DNA of 64,000 nucleotides from Theionarchaea archaeon (GTDB lineage Archaea; Methanobacteriota_B; Thermococci; Methanofastidiosales; SZ-28-30): NCBI GenBank assembly GCA_018992685.1, contig JACVGT010000003.1, positions 32,001 to 96,000 of the forward strand, read 5' to 3'. Shown piece by piece: positions 19,239 to 30,217 of this stretch (position 1 is its first letter; each line of letters starts with the position of its first letter). The notes under the pieces were generated by a model. It saw only the letters and a program-made list of their open reading frames with translations, ran no database searches and was not told where the DNA came from. The position numbers and the translations under genes were made by a program.

Positions 19239-20411
19239 TCATTTCTTGTCTTTTTGTGGATGAAAGACTTTTTTCAAGAATTTCTCCAGCCAGCAGCAGG
19301 AATCAGTCTTGAAGATCCATTGTTCTGCCACGTCCCTGTAGTGAGGTAGTGTGTGAATGCGTTGTCTTTCCAGGAGGATCGTTTTGCTTTTCTTCACAAA
19401 GGAACTAAGTGATTTCTTTCCTAGGGCATGATTCAGCCGTATGAATTGCAGCAGCATGTATGCATACGAAGGCAAGAACATCACAATATACCGTAAAGGA
19501 AAGTACTTCATAACGATATAGAGTTTGTTCCTGATCTGGTAGTATTGAGTGGTGGCAGAAACATTCCCGGATACCCCCCGGTTATGGTATGCCACTGAGG
19601 TAGGCACGAGGACCACATCGTACCCTGCCAGTCTGATTCGCCACGAAAGGTCCACATCCTCAAATATTAGAAAGAAATCAGGATCAAAGAGTCCTACCTT
19701 CTCCAAGACGTGCCCTTTTACAATTTCTGCCGCTGCACAAGCTCCAAATATTTCGTGTACTGTGTCAAATCGCGCATCATCCTTTTTACCAAACCAGATA
19801 TCTCGTATAGCTCCATCTGAGTACAGTTCCTGGCCTACAGAATCAATGTAATGAGGATCTGAACTTCTGAGCAATTTGGGTTGAGCAGCTCCTACATCAG
19901 GATTATTTTCACAGGCAGCAACAAGTTCTGTAAGAAATGAGGGATCTACCACAATATCGTTATTAAGCAGGAGGACATAGTCTGGATTCATTCTTAAAGC
20001 AACCCTGATGCCAATGTTGTTCCCTTCTGCGAACCCATAGTTTTTCTCATTGGCGATGATGGTTATGCCTCGCGTTAGATGCGGTGTGATGACTTCTGAT
20101 TCTTTTCTGGTCAGTATTTGAAAGCTGAAGCCTGCTAGCGTACTTACCTGCGATCTGATACTGTCTATGCGATCGCTTTCTGGACTATTGTCAACTACCA
20201 GTACAGCCAGAGGGTCGTAATTGGTGTTGTACAGAGATTGTATACACTCCATAGTATCCTTCGGACTGCCCCAATGCAGGGTCACCACCATAACTGAAGG
20301 GTTTTCATGATACGTGGATCTTGTAGACCTGGTCATCTCGACATTGGGCTTGCCTTTCCTTTTTCTGTCAAGATTTTCAGTCATATTGTTTGATTCAGTA
20401 CTTTTCTTCAT
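19239..20411 (-). CDS. GT2 glycosyltransferase
   Basis: NYGFAEGNNIG, LLNND, GLFDPDFF.IFEDVDLSWR. Confidence 0.9.
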   Translation of the reverse strand: MKKSTESNNMTENLDRKRKGKPNVEMTRSTRSTYHENPSVMVVTLHWGSPKDTMECIQSLYNTNYDPLAVLVVDNSPESDRIDSIRSQVSTLAGFSFQILTRKESEVITPHLTRGITIIANEKNYGFAEGNNIGIRVALRMNPDYVLLLNNDIVVDPSFLTELVAACENNPDVGAAQPKLLRSSDPHYIDSVGQELYSDGAIRDIWFGKKDDARFDTVHEIFGACAAAEIVKGHVLEKVGLFDPDFFLIFEDVDLSWRIRLAGYDVVLVPTSVAYHNRGVSGNVSATTQYYQIRNKLYIVMKYFPLRYIVMFLPSYAYMLLQFIRLNHALGKKSLSSFVKKSKTILLERQRIHTLPHYRDVAEQWIFKTDSCCWLEKFLKKVFHPQKDKK

Positions 20412-20870
20412 TTAAGCTTACTGCTGGACGGTCTTTCATAACCTGGATCTTCAACAAATCTTCCATCCTGAATTTACGTCCAACGAAAATCCCTGCCAAT
20501 ATTGTGACAAAGAAAAATCCACGATTAAGACCTTGAGGCAACATGTCACATCTTTTTCCCTTCTACCAAAGAGTGCTACCATTTCAGAATCTGTCCTTGG
20601 CTGGTCCTCTGTCGAAGTGTCTCCTAAGACAATTCTGTTTCTGGAATGATATCCAAGATGTTTTCTGGATCTATTACTACAGAAAACGTGTAGTGTCCAT
20701 CCGGGAGAGAACAGGTTATTCAAGGATATGCTTTTTCCTCCAAGAGAATATCTGTGACCTGTTCTCCATGTAGGTTACTCTCATTGGGTTGCCCCCGGAG
20801 GAATTTCACTAGGGACAGTTGCTTAAATCTGTATGCACATGCTTATAAGTCTGTATACACATACACATAC

Positions 20871-21083
20871 ATGAGCACAAAAACAATATCCATCACCAAG
20901 GATGTCTACGACATGTTGACAATGGAAAAAGGGGATAATGAGAGCTTCTCCGATGTAATCTCTCGATTAGTTAGAAGGAGATCGAAACTCTCCGACTCTT
21001 TTGGCAAGTGGGAAATGACGGACAGAGAAATAGAAGAATTCAAATCTGAACTTCACAGCATGTGGGAGGAGTGGCAAGTATGA
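20871..21083 (+). CDS. vapB: VapB-type antitoxin
   Basis: MSTKTISITKDVYDML...ESFSDVISRL; ATGA overlap with PIN gene. Confidence 0.85.
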   Translation: MSTKTISITKDVYDMLTMEKGDNESFSDVISRLVRRRSKLSDSFGKWEMTDREIEEFKSELHSMWEEWQV

Positions 21084-21463
21084 AATGCCTTGATTCTGAT
21101 TTCCTGATTGATATTCTCGCTGGAAAAGAAGAAGCAGAACGCAAAATGCTGGAAATAGAGATTGAAAGGCTAGCGACCACTGCTATCAATGTCTTCGAGA
21201 TCCTATTTGGAGCAGAATATTCAAGGAACAAGAAGAATATTAAGGAGGCACTCAGGATAGTAGGTGGGCTGGATGTTTTTGCCTTTGATCAAGAGGCTGC
21301 TGAGGAAGCTAGTAAGATTCAGGTTCAATGTATACGAAGAGGAACCCGTCTTCCAATCCGTGATCTCTTCATTGCTTCAGTGGCAAAAGCTCATGAGTGT
21401 GTTGTTGTGACCAGAAATGTGAATCATTTCAGAGGTTGTGGACTAGAAATAGAGACGTGGTAG
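21080..21463 (+). CDS. vapC: VapC PIN-domain toxin
   Basis: LDSDFLID, E, DLFIAS, VVTRN..HF. Confidence 0.9.
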   Translation: MKCLDSDFLIDILAGKEEAERKMLEIEIERLATTAINVFEILFGAEYSRNKKNIKEALRIVGGLDVFAFDQEAAEEASKIQVQCIRRGTRLPIRDLFIASVAKAHECVVVTRNVNHFRGCGLEIETW

Positions 21464-21706
21464 TGTCAACCTATGGTGCAATGCCTGTGGACTGGACTGA
21501 GGAAAATCACAGGAACCTCATCTAATACATTCCGGCTTGATACACCTGTTATGATTGCTCTATTCTCAATCAGCAAATCACACAGACTATTACTTCTTAG
21601 AAATGCCGATATCACGTATTAATACAAGAACCTTTTCTTGGAGGATCGGAATATTGAAACACCTTTCTACGGGAACCTTATTAAGTACAAACTAGGAATC
21701 CTTCAT

Positions 21707-23308
21707 ATGGTACACACCGTGGTCATTGGGCTGGATGGTGCTACCTGGGATGTTCTATCCCCTCTGATACAAAAAGGAGAACTTCCCACCTTCAGGAATC
21801 TCGTGAACACAAGTGTATATGGCCCCTTGACTTCTACCATACCCCCCGTGACAGGCCCTTCCTGGGTCTCTGTGGCTACGGGCAGGAACCCTGGAAAAAC
21901 GGGCATCATTGACTTCATCAACAGGAAAGATTCATCCAGTAGATTATTCCCTGTGAATGCCTCCGATTTCAAGGATATTTCCTTCTGGGACTACATCAGC
22001 TCCAGAGGCTACACAGTGGGGATCGTAAACTTCCCCATGCTGTGGCCACCTTATCCTGTTAACGGGTTCATGATATCAGGACTTCATCTTTTACCTTCTG
22101 ACGCCATAACCTATCCCCAGCCTTTGAGAGAAGAAATTGACCAAGCCGTTGGAGGGTATGAGACAACTGTTGACTATCATCTGGAAAAATATAATGACGA
22201 AGATCTCCTGTTCCATGACATAATGAGAGTCCTGGACAAGAGGGCCAAGACGGTCCACTATCTGATGGAGACCTATCCTGTGGATTTATTTGTTGCCATC
22301 TTTTCCTGCACTGATTGGATTCAGCACGCCTTCTGGAAGTATTTCGATGAATCACATCCTGACCATAGAGAAAATTCCCCACGCACCCAGGATTTTGTCA
22401 CCTTCTGGAAGAAGATAGATGAGATTGTTGGTTCCATGATAGCTCAAGCGGGACCTGGTGCCACGGTGATAATCCTATCAGATCATGGATTTGGGCCCAG
22501 TGACCAATGTTTTAACCTGGCCCGGTGGCTTCACGAGAAGAATTACATGATCATACGTGAAGGAGAACCCATGTCCTGGAATACAACTCTGGAAAAGACA
22601 AGAAACCTGCTGAACAGAGGACCAGGAACCCTCATTGTCAAGGGTGGGAGGTTGCTGCTCAGGGGTATCCGGGGCCTCAAGCGTGAGATCAATCCCCTGT
22701 GGGGACACGGTCATTCCCTGGTTTTCACTGGGTTGAACATTGATTTCGAGGCAAGCAGGGCGTATTGCCTGGGACATACCATACCTTTTGGAGCAATCTA
22801 CATCCCGGAAGGGCAGCATCATAAAGAAACCAAGAAGGGGATAATTCATGACCTGAACAGACTGAGTGAAGAGACAGGAAAAGATATCACAGTGGAGATC
22901 TTTCTGCCAGAAAACCTCTTTGAGGGACCCAAAATGAGAGGATTACCTGATATTCTGTTCTCCATTAATAACTGGAGGTGTGTCATAACGGAGACAGACA
23001 TTAAAAAACCTCTCTTCATTGAGAGGCCGTACTCTGAAAGGCATACAGGTTCGCACAGGATGCATGGCATACTGGCAGCGTGCGGGCCTCGTATCAAGAA
23101 AGGCACTGTACAAGCTTCTGTTTACGATATTGCTCCCACGATACTCTCTCTATTTGGCATACCTGCACCCGGTGACATGGATGGGACTGTATTATCTCAG
23201 ATAGCGACTGAAAGAGTCCAAATTTTGGGAGAAGAGCCTCATATTGGACATGAAAAGGAAAAAATCCTGGAAAAGATAACTCGCCTGAAACGAGAAGACA
23301 AATTGTAG
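21707..23308 (+). CDS. alkaline phosphatase superfamily (nucleotide pyrophosphatase/phosphodiesterase-type) protein
   Basis: GLDGA, STIPPVTGPSW..ATG.NPGK, D.IQH, SDHGF, GSHR. Confidence 0.88.
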   Translation: MVHTVVIGLDGATWDVLSPLIQKGELPTFRNLVNTSVYGPLTSTIPPVTGPSWVSVATGRNPGKTGIIDFINRKDSSSRLFPVNASDFKDISFWDYISSRGYTVGIVNFPMLWPPYPVNGFMISGLHLLPSDAITYPQPLREEIDQAVGGYETTVDYHLEKYNDEDLLFHDIMRVLDKRAKTVHYLMETYPVDLFVAIFSCTDWIQHAFWKYFDESHPDHRENSPRTQDFVTFWKKIDEIVGSMIAQAGPGATVIILSDHGFGPSDQCFNLARWLHEKNYMIIREGEPMSWNTTLEKTRNLLNRGPGTLIVKGGRLLLRGIRGLKREINPLWGHGHSLVFTGLNIDFEASRAYCLGHTIPFGAIYIPEGQHHKETKKGIIHDLNRLSEETGKDITVEIFLPENLFEGPKMRGLPDILFSINNWRCVITETDIKKPLFIERPYSERHTGSHRMHGILAACGPRIKKGTVQASVYDIAPTILSLFGIPAPGDMDGTVLSQIATERVQILGEEPHIGHEKEKILEKITRLKREDKL

Positions 23309-23315
23309 TGATTCT

Positions 23316-24101
23316 ATGGAATTCCATGGTATTATTCCTGACAAACCCCGCCACTATATAACCAGACAGCACATCACGCGATATGCATTCGCTTCCACTT
23401 ACGTTACGGGCAAGAAGGTGCTGGATATTGCCTGTGGGGCTGGATATGGATCCAGTTATCTGGCAGGATGCGGGGCTAGAATGGTGGTGGGAGTGGATGT
23501 ATCTGAGAGTGCACTCGCGTATGCCTGCAGCCACTACACGAGGGATAACCTCAATTTCTTACAAGGTGATGCAGTACGGTTACCTTTTGAGGATGATGAA
23601 TTTGATGTGATAGTATCCTTTGAAACTATAGAGCACATTGCCCAATCTCAAGAATACGTGAAGGAAATGAAAAGAGTCCTTTCCCCGCAGGGTATATTCA
23701 TCTGCTCCACTCCCCATGTCAAGTACACGCGACACCCTGTGTACCATGTGAAGGAGTTCTCTCCTGAGGAATTCTTCAGTCTACTTGAAGACACCTTTTA
23801 TCGTGTTGAACGGTACGCCCAGTTCATTACTATGGTAACACGGATACGTGACATTATTCCGATTACAGAGTACTATGGCAGGCTAGTTGCACGACTAAAG
23901 CGTTCATTACCTTTCAAGAGCAGGTTAAGGACTTTTAGGGACAGAATGTTTCCCCCTTCCTCGTGTCAGCATATATATGAGATCACATCAGGAGATATAG
24001 AAGCTTTCACCAGAGAAAGAGTAACCCTCCTGGAAGAGAAAGGGTTCTTTGATATAGTGAGGATCATGGTCGCAGTCTGTGAGAAGGAGGGCAACCAATG
24101 A
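23316..24101 (+). CDS. class I SAM-dependent methyltransferase
   Basis: HITRY, VLDIACGAGYG, FDVIVSFETIEH. Confidence 0.9.
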   Translation: MEFHGIIPDKPRHYITRQHITRYAFASTYVTGKKVLDIACGAGYGSSYLAGCGARMVVGVDVSESALAYACSHYTRDNLNFLQGDAVRLPFEDDEFDVIVSFETIEHIAQSQEYVKEMKRVLSPQGIFICSTPHVKYTRHPVYHVKEFSPEEFFSLLEDTFYRVERYAQFITMVTRIRDIIPITEYYGRLVARLKRSLPFKSRLRTFRDRMFPPSSCQHIYEITSGDIEAFTRERVTLLEEKGFFDIVRIMVAVCEKEGNQ

Positions 24102-25258
24102 AGGTAGGGATTATCACTGATGGGCTGGAATATGCTCCCCTGAGTATTCGAAACTACATTGAAAACCTGGTAACGGCCCTTCTGAAGATTCATGGTGATA
24201 ATATCATCCTCCTCCACAGACAGAAGAGTTCTCATCCTCTCTATAGAGAAGGTAAGGAAATACTCCTTCCCGGCATTGATAAGGGTTCCTTATATAATCC
24301 TCTGTCATTCTTGAGAAGACGGATACATGATTTTTTCTACTATGTTGAGAACCGGAATTTCCTCGAAGAACTGGGGATTGATGTGGTGCACTTTCCTGAT
24401 CTGGGGAGGCCTGCTCCTCCCCTGTGCGCAGCATCGCTTCCCATGAAGATAGTGGTGACAAACCACGGGATGGCTCAGTTGTCACTCCCCGCCAGGTCAT
24501 GCTACGGGAGACCTGTGAGTAGACAGCAACTCATTGAACTGAAAGAGCTCTTGAAGTGGAGACTCGTATTCACCAAGAGATGTGAGGCTTTTATCACTGT
24601 CTCCGAGAGTGAGAGGAGGATCTTGGTTGAAAAGGGTTCTTTCCCTGAAGAGAGAGTGCATGTTATCTACCATGGTGTCTCCCCAGATTTCAGCCCACAA
24701 CCAATGACCAAGATTGAGAATGCCCTAGGGACGTATGGAATTGAGCGCCCGTATGTGCTTCACACCAGTGCGTATCAGCCCAAGAAGAATACCGAAAGAG
24801 TAATCAAAGCGTTCCAGAACCTTGACACAGATCATACGCTGGTGATTGTTGGACCTAGTCAGGCTAGCCAGAGACTTGGCGACGTGAAAAAGAAAGGTAG
24901 GATAATTGTGGCGGGATTTGTGGATAAAAAGGACCTGGTTTCGTTATACAGTGGAGCTGAAGCATTTGTATTTCCTTCTCTTCACGAGAGTTTTGGAATG
25001 CCTATACTGGAGGCCATGGGGTGCGGGTGCCCGGTTATAACTTCAGAGAGGTTTTCAATGCCAGAAGTGGCAGGAGATGCAGCTGTTCTGGTCAACCCGT
25101 ATTGTGTTGAAGATATCACATCTGGATTGAGAAAGGTTCTGACTGATCCTTCTTTTCGAGAAGAATTGAGAGAAAGAGGATTGGAAAGGGTGCAGAAGTT
25201 CTCCTGGGAAAAAAGTGCACGAGAGCATTGGACAGTCTACAAAAGAGCATCACAGTGA
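24098..25258 (+). CDS. GT4 glycosyltransferase
   Basis: PSLHESFGMPILEAMGCG. Confidence 0.9.
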   Translation: MKVGIITDGLEYAPLSIRNYIENLVTALLKIHGDNIILLHRQKSSHPLYREGKEILLPGIDKGSLYNPLSFLRRRIHDFFYYVENRNFLEELGIDVVHFPDLGRPAPPLCAASLPMKIVVTNHGMAQLSLPARSCYGRPVSRQQLIELKELLKWRLVFTKRCEAFITVSESERRILVEKGSFPEERVHVIYHGVSPDFSPQPMTKIENALGTYGIERPYVLHTSAYQPKKNTERVIKAFQNLDTDHTLVIVGPSQASQRLGDVKKKGRIIVAGFVDKKDLVSLYSGAEAFVFPSLHESFGMPILEAMGCGCPVITSERFSMPEVAGDAAVLVNPYCVEDITSGLRKVLTDPSFREELRERGLERVQKFSWEKSAREHWTVYKRASQ

Positions 25259-25366
25259 TTGTGGATGTACGTATGGGTCAGGTATGTGGATGATAAGGGA
25301 ACCATGACAAAATGTTTAAGGAGTGAAATCACACGCTGATGACGTAAGAATCCTAAAGGTGATACT

Positions 25367-26080
25367 ATGAAGGAACACGAACCCCAACCCTCTGAAGGGA
25401 TTGGAATGAAAGCGGTCCTCCGATTCGTTGTGTTTTTGCTGGTGATGCCCTTGACCCTTTTCATCGCTGCAGGTACGGTACACTGGACCATGGGCTGGAT
25501 CTACATACTTCTGTCCTATACGTTCACCGCAACCAGTAGAATAGTTGTTTTTTATAAGAATCCCGAAACGCTAAGAGAACGTGGAAGATCCTTGGACGCA
25601 GAGGATGTCAGGAGCTGGGATAAAGCACTCCTCCTGTTTGCAGCACTGCTTGGTCCCCTCGTCATGCTTCTCGTGGCAGGGCTTGACTTCAGATTTTCCT
25701 GGTCGCCACACATTCCAGGTTTGATTCAGTTACTGGCCTTGATTCCTGCACTATTGGGTTCTGTGATAGCTGGCTGGGCCATGATCGCGAATAAATTCTT
25801 TTCGGCTGTGGTGAGAATTCAAAAGGAACTGAATCAAACAGTTGTCAGAGATGGACCTTACAGAATTGTCCGTCATCCCGGATATCTCGGGGGAATTATT
25901 GGTATGCTTTCAACACCAGTGATACTTGGTTCTCTATGGGCACTATTACCTGCAGCATGTGTGGCAGGGCTGACCATTGTACGAACATCTCTTGAGGACA
26001 GAGCACTGAAAGAAGAACTTGATGGATACAGAGAGTATGCCCAGGACGTGAGATTCAGGTTGTTACCTGGCATCTGGTAG
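25367..26080 (+). CDS. isoprenylcysteine carboxyl methyltransferase (STE14) family protein
   Basis: NKFFSAVVRIQ, GPYRIVRHPGY, EDRAL..EL.GYREY. Confidence 0.88.
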   Translation: MKEHEPQPSEGIGMKAVLRFVVFLLVMPLTLFIAAGTVHWTMGWIYILLSYTFTATSRIVVFYKNPETLRERGRSLDAEDVRSWDKALLLFAALLGPLVMLLVAGLDFRFSWSPHIPGLIQLLALIPALLGSVIAGWAMIANKFFSAVVRIQKELNQTVVRDGPYRIVRHPGYLGGIIGMLSTPVILGSLWALLPAACVAGLTIVRTSLEDRALKEELDGYREYAQDVRFRLLPGIW

Positions 26081-26178
26081 CCCTTCCCCCTTTCGTGGCT
26101 GCCTCCTGCATATGTCTTCAGTGCCATTCAGCACAAATCGTTCCCGTCCGCTGATAAGATACTTCCAATCACCTTCCA

Positions 26179-28347
26179 TTACTCTTTTGGCACAGGAGTT
26201 GCTTTTTCCTTTTTCCGCTTATAGATGCCTACGAAGATACATAGTGCCGCTATGATCACATAGCCATACCCCAACGGAGACACAATCCAGAAGATGATAA
26301 CACCACCTGCAGCCCACACCACGCCTGCTACAAGAAAGAACAGTCCACGTCTCTTTCTGTTCAATCCTACAAATACTATTCCAAATGAAGAACTGAGAAG
26401 TGCAACAATGAAAGGTATATCGATCTCCTCCCACAGGGACGTTTTTTCCGGGATGAACTCTTCCTGCAAAACATGTGCTGGCAGCTGCTGTGCTGTGGTG
26501 ATGGTGCCTTTCCGTACTGCTGCAACAACATAGTTTACAGCATCCCCTGCAGGAATCCATAAATCAGGGAAGAATCCTCTTTCTTCCCTTAACTCCAAAT
26601 CCAGAGGAATATTCAAACTGATGGGGAGATAGACCGAGAGAGCAGAATGAGGGAGCCTGTGGAGAGTCATCTGCCCAAACACGAGAGCACCCATGGTATT
26701 CTCTCCCACAAGGACAACGTTTTCCACTTGCTGGAGATAATTGACGAATCCCTCTGCAGCAGAGGCAACACTGCCATTTATCACAACAATCAAGGTGGTA
26801 TCACTAAGGATAGCTCTGGAATCTTCAGAAAAGGGGCCTGTCCAGTGGGGACGCATGTACATGTTCTCGAAGGCCTCTGCCTGTGCTCCATAGTGTTCAC
26901 TATCTGTTTGATACGTGTAGGTGTCCGGATATATATCTAAGAGATATTCAAAATAATTGCGACGCCCCATCATTGTTGTCTTACTGATAAATTCAGTGAA
27001 ATAGCGGTTGCTGGATGGTTTCTGACCAGTAAATCTCGTGACCCACTTTCTTGGCCATTCCTCGTTACCACCTCCATTACCTCGAAGGTCAATGATGAGA
27101 CAGGGGGTTCCGTCATACTTCTGAGCAGTCGAAATAAATGTAGTGAGGTAGTCACTGTGATGATCAGAAAATGAACGGATACGTACCACAGGGATTCCAC
27201 CCACCGTATCCTCCCGAAAAATGTCACTCGAGAAAGAATCGAAATCAGAACGAGACAACGCAACCTGAACCTGTATCTGCTCTTGGCCGTGCTGTGCCAC
27301 TACTACTACCGGATGAGGTGAGGATTCTGAAAGTGTTCCCATTCTGTAAATAGGATCTCCTTTGGCATTGAGAGAGGGGAACATGTATTCGTCCGGGCGC
27401 CCTCCATTGATTGATGCAACCTTATAGGTGACACCGTTTAAGATGAAAAAATACTCTCCTTGAGCTTTCCATAGTTCAAGTTCAAGATCTGTGTCATACC
27501 AGAAGTGCTTGTGGTTCCCGTATCTGTACTCACCGATACTGAGATGGCAATCATGGATAAAGGCAAGATTGTCATGTATCAAGCGAGAGAGATCATCTGG
27601 AGACCACATCAAGGTTTTCTCTATCTCGGTGAGGATACTTGTCTTTGCTTCATCAAAGTCCCCTTCTGTCTTGAAATATCCGTAGCCACAATACCCATGA
27701 GACATCAGGTAGAACAGGTATTCCACATCTTCTACAGCTTCTTCTTGAGAAATGTGGGAAGGTGGCTTCGCATCCACATCCATGTCTAATGTTGTCATGG
27801 GAAGCTCATCGTCCTCTGGCAGGTACTGTATGCCGGCGATGTACTCGCGTGCTTCTTCGGGAGGCGCACTTAAGAAGGGAGGGAAAACCCAGGTCTTACC
27901 TAGTGATGCAATCAATTCTTCTGCTGCCTTCTTGGTGAGAACGTTGTCTGATCCCGTGCATATGTAGACAGTTCTTCCCTCTACCCATGGGCTCTCTTTC
28001 TTGAATACTACAGAGGTACCATCTTGTATATGGTCTCTTTCCTCCCGGGTTATCATTTCTGCAATGATCTCACCAGTGTATTCAGCATCTAATCCACCAA
28101 TAATAATAAGATTCTTGTCTTGTGCGCATTCAGGCACCTCTCCCGCGTTTACGATAATCCATTCGGGCTTCACTCTTCTCAGCAGAACTGAGAAATCTGT
28201 GCAGAATGATTCATCAGTTTCATTAGAGATAATCACTGTATTTCCAGGGACTACCTCACTGTCCTCAGCAGATCCGGGCACACAAGAAAGGGAAAAAGCC
28301 AGGATGATCAAGATAGGTGATATTTGTCTCATTCTAACCAACTTCAT
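26179..28347 (-). CDS. membrane-anchored S41 family peptidase
   Basis: IIDLRGNGGG, ASAAE, VGENTMG, G..PD; signal peptide and 3 C-terminal TMs; start probably downstream of the track start. Confidence 0.85.
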   Translation of the reverse strand: MKLVRMRQISPILIILAFSLSCVPGSAEDSEVVPGNTVIISNETDESFCTDFSVLLRRVKPEWIIVNAGEVPECAQDKNLIIIGGLDAEYTGEIIAEMITREERDHIQDGTSVVFKKESPWVEGRTVYICTGSDNVLTKKAAEELIASLGKTWVFPPFLSAPPEEAREYIAGIQYLPEDDELPMTTLDMDVDAKPPSHISQEEAVEDVEYLFYLMSHGYCGYGYFKTEGDFDEAKTSILTEIEKTLMWSPDDLSRLIHDNLAFIHDCHLSIGEYRYGNHKHFWYDTDLELELWKAQGEYFFILNGVTYKVASINGGRPDEYMFPSLNAKGDPIYRMGTLSESSPHPVVVVAQHGQEQIQVQVALSRSDFDSFSSDIFREDTVGGIPVVRIRSFSDHHSDYLTTFISTAQKYDGTPCLIIDLRGNGGGNEEWPRKWVTRFTGQKPSSNRYFTEFISKTTMMGRRNYFEYLLDIYPDTYTYQTDSEHYGAQAEAFENMYMRPHWTGPFSEDSRAILSDTTLIVVINGSVASAAEGFVNYLQQVENVVLVGENTMGALVFGQMTLHRLPHSALSVYLPISLNIPLDLELREERGFFPDLWIPAGDAVNYVVAAVRKGTITTAQQLPAHVLQEEFIPEKTSLWEEIDIPFIVALLSSSFGIVFVGLNRKRRGLFFLVAGVVWAAGGVIIFWIVSPLGYGYVIIAALCIFVGIYKRKKEKATPVPKE

Positions 28348-28756
28348 TTTATTTTTTTCCTTTGTGGTATCTTTTTCTTTCTCTGACTCATTTTTAAGAT
28401 TTTCCGCTTTTTTTTTGCGCATGTTGTCCCAGAGATCAACAAAATCCAGAAAGTTTCTTCCGTTCACGAGGTGAGAAATATCATCACTAAAGATTCGCCT
28501 CGTGCCCTCGCCTTTGCCAGATTTTCATACACATCATCTTTCAACCAATGCCTGTCACACAGCGCCGGAGGGATCAAGAGGATAGGAGGACTGAAGATCA
28601 TCCACCTTCAGCACCATGATGCTGTATGGCACAGACACATTGAAAGCTGAGGAGGTATCAGTAATCAGATCATCAACCACATGATTTTCCATGCAACCTG
28701 ACCTGCAATCCTTGACCCAGACTGCGTATTCATGAGACAGACATGCTGGAGCGGTA

Positions 28757-29809
28757 TCATTCAGTGCTTCTCTTTTCTCTCTTTTTCACCTTCTTATACA
28801 CAAATACCCCCACCATGCTGAGCACGAGAGCCAGAATCACATACAAGAGACTGGAAAGCAACCCAGGTGAAGACACTGTGGAGAATGGCTCAGGTTCTTC
28901 TGATTCCTTGATCTCACTTGGAGATTCAGACTCTTCTGATTCTTCAGAAATTCTCATGGAAAAAAGCGTGGCTGCGTCGTACGAATGGTTTCCCTTTTCC
29001 AGTTCATCTTTCAGGTCAAATACAGCAACATCGTCGAAATTCTGCTTGTTATAAAAGTACGCGATCCCATGTACGGGGTCATAGATCGTGGTGTAGGTTG
29101 TCCCCTGATTGCAGGTGGCTTTCAGAATCTCCAGAAAGTATTCCACTGTCAGATCGTCCTCGCTCTTGACTTCTGTCAACATCCCTTCGGCAGTGTTGTA
29201 CCGCCAGCAAGGATATCCCAGGTTTCTTTGAAGGAGGTTGAAGTTGGTGGTTATCTGGTATACGCCTGCCTTCTTGATTACCTTCATCGTTCCATCTGTA
29301 CCAGGGCACAGCACCATTGCATTACCTGTTCTATCGGCAAATAGGAACTGCATATCACCAAATGAGGACAAATCATATTGCTCTATGAACTGGGCAGCCT
29401 CTTCAACGTTCTTGCAGTTCTTCAGGACAGTCTCGCCAAAAACTCCGCCATTGACCACCGGCAACTTTCCCGGGTATGGGCTCATTTTACACTCTGGAAT
29501 TGATGTGATGTCAAAGCACAATCCCTGGTCGTTCATGCCACCCATGGGGAAATGACCTCTCAGTATGGGATAATTCCTGAACCCGAAGTACACCCATCCA
29601 TATGTGTCTTCAGTGGCACGGACGAACCAGACTGTCGCGCGCTTGTCGCCCACATCTTCATTATTCCCAAAGAGGACCGTATCACCCATAGAAGCAGTAA
29701 AGACAGTACAGGATTCAGGGGTGATATCTAGGAAATCAAGACCCATACCAGCGTAATCTACCACAATCACGAAGATGAAAATCCACAACATTGCTGTTAT
29801 CCTCGTCAT
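28757..29809 (-). CDS. secreted Ntn-hydrolase (C45/choloylglycine hydrolase-like) with C-terminal anchor
   Basis: CTVF nucleophile, GNNED, GGMNDQGL, FAD.TG, TNF, CWRY. Confidence 0.82.
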   Translation of the reverse strand: MTRITAMLWIFIFVIVVDYAGMGLDFLDITPESCTVFTASMGDTVLFGNNEDVGDKRATVWFVRATEDTYGWVYFGFRNYPILRGHFPMGGMNDQGLCFDITSIPECKMSPYPGKLPVVNGGVFGETVLKNCKNVEEAAQFIEQYDLSSFGDMQFLFADRTGNAMVLCPGTDGTMKVIKKAGVYQITTNFNLLQRNLGYPCWRYNTAEGMLTEVKSEDDLTVEYFLEILKATCNQGTTYTTIYDPVHGIAYFYNKQNFDDVAVFDLKDELEKGNHSYDAATLFSMRISEESEESESPSEIKESEEPEPFSTVSSPGLLSSLLYVILALVLSMVGVFVYKKVKKREKRSTE

Positions 29810-29989
29810 CCGGATTCCTCAGCCCTTCAGGCTCTCTGGTACTTTTAAATCTTGCTGTGACGTAGAGATGTGTCCCATGAGCTCCTGGATAGAGAGATGG
29901 CCAGCCACAGAGTGCAAGAGCTCGTTGGAAGCGTGAAAAACTACCATATAATCGAAAACGTCCAGAGGCTGTTTTGTCGTGTGCGCAAT

Positions 29990-30179
29990 AACATCCTGCT
30001 ACAAAGATGAGTAAACAACGTCTTTTCTGTTCAACCTTACAAATACTATTCAAAGTGATGAAATGAGACGTACGACAATCAAGTGAACACCTTTTTCTTC
30101 CCAAATTTCTGCGTTCAGACACTACATTTGAGAAGCATCTGACTGTCAGATCATCCCTACTCTTCAGAGGGGCTGTCAA
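29990..30179 (-). pseudogene. mosaic remnant of neighbouring peptidase genes
   Basis: 29995-30054 resembles 26324-26385; 30142-30179 resembles 29145-29179. Confidence 0.6.
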
Positions 30180-30217
30180 TGGAAAAGAACTTAAGGAGGT
30201 CGAGGAGTAGGAGGATC

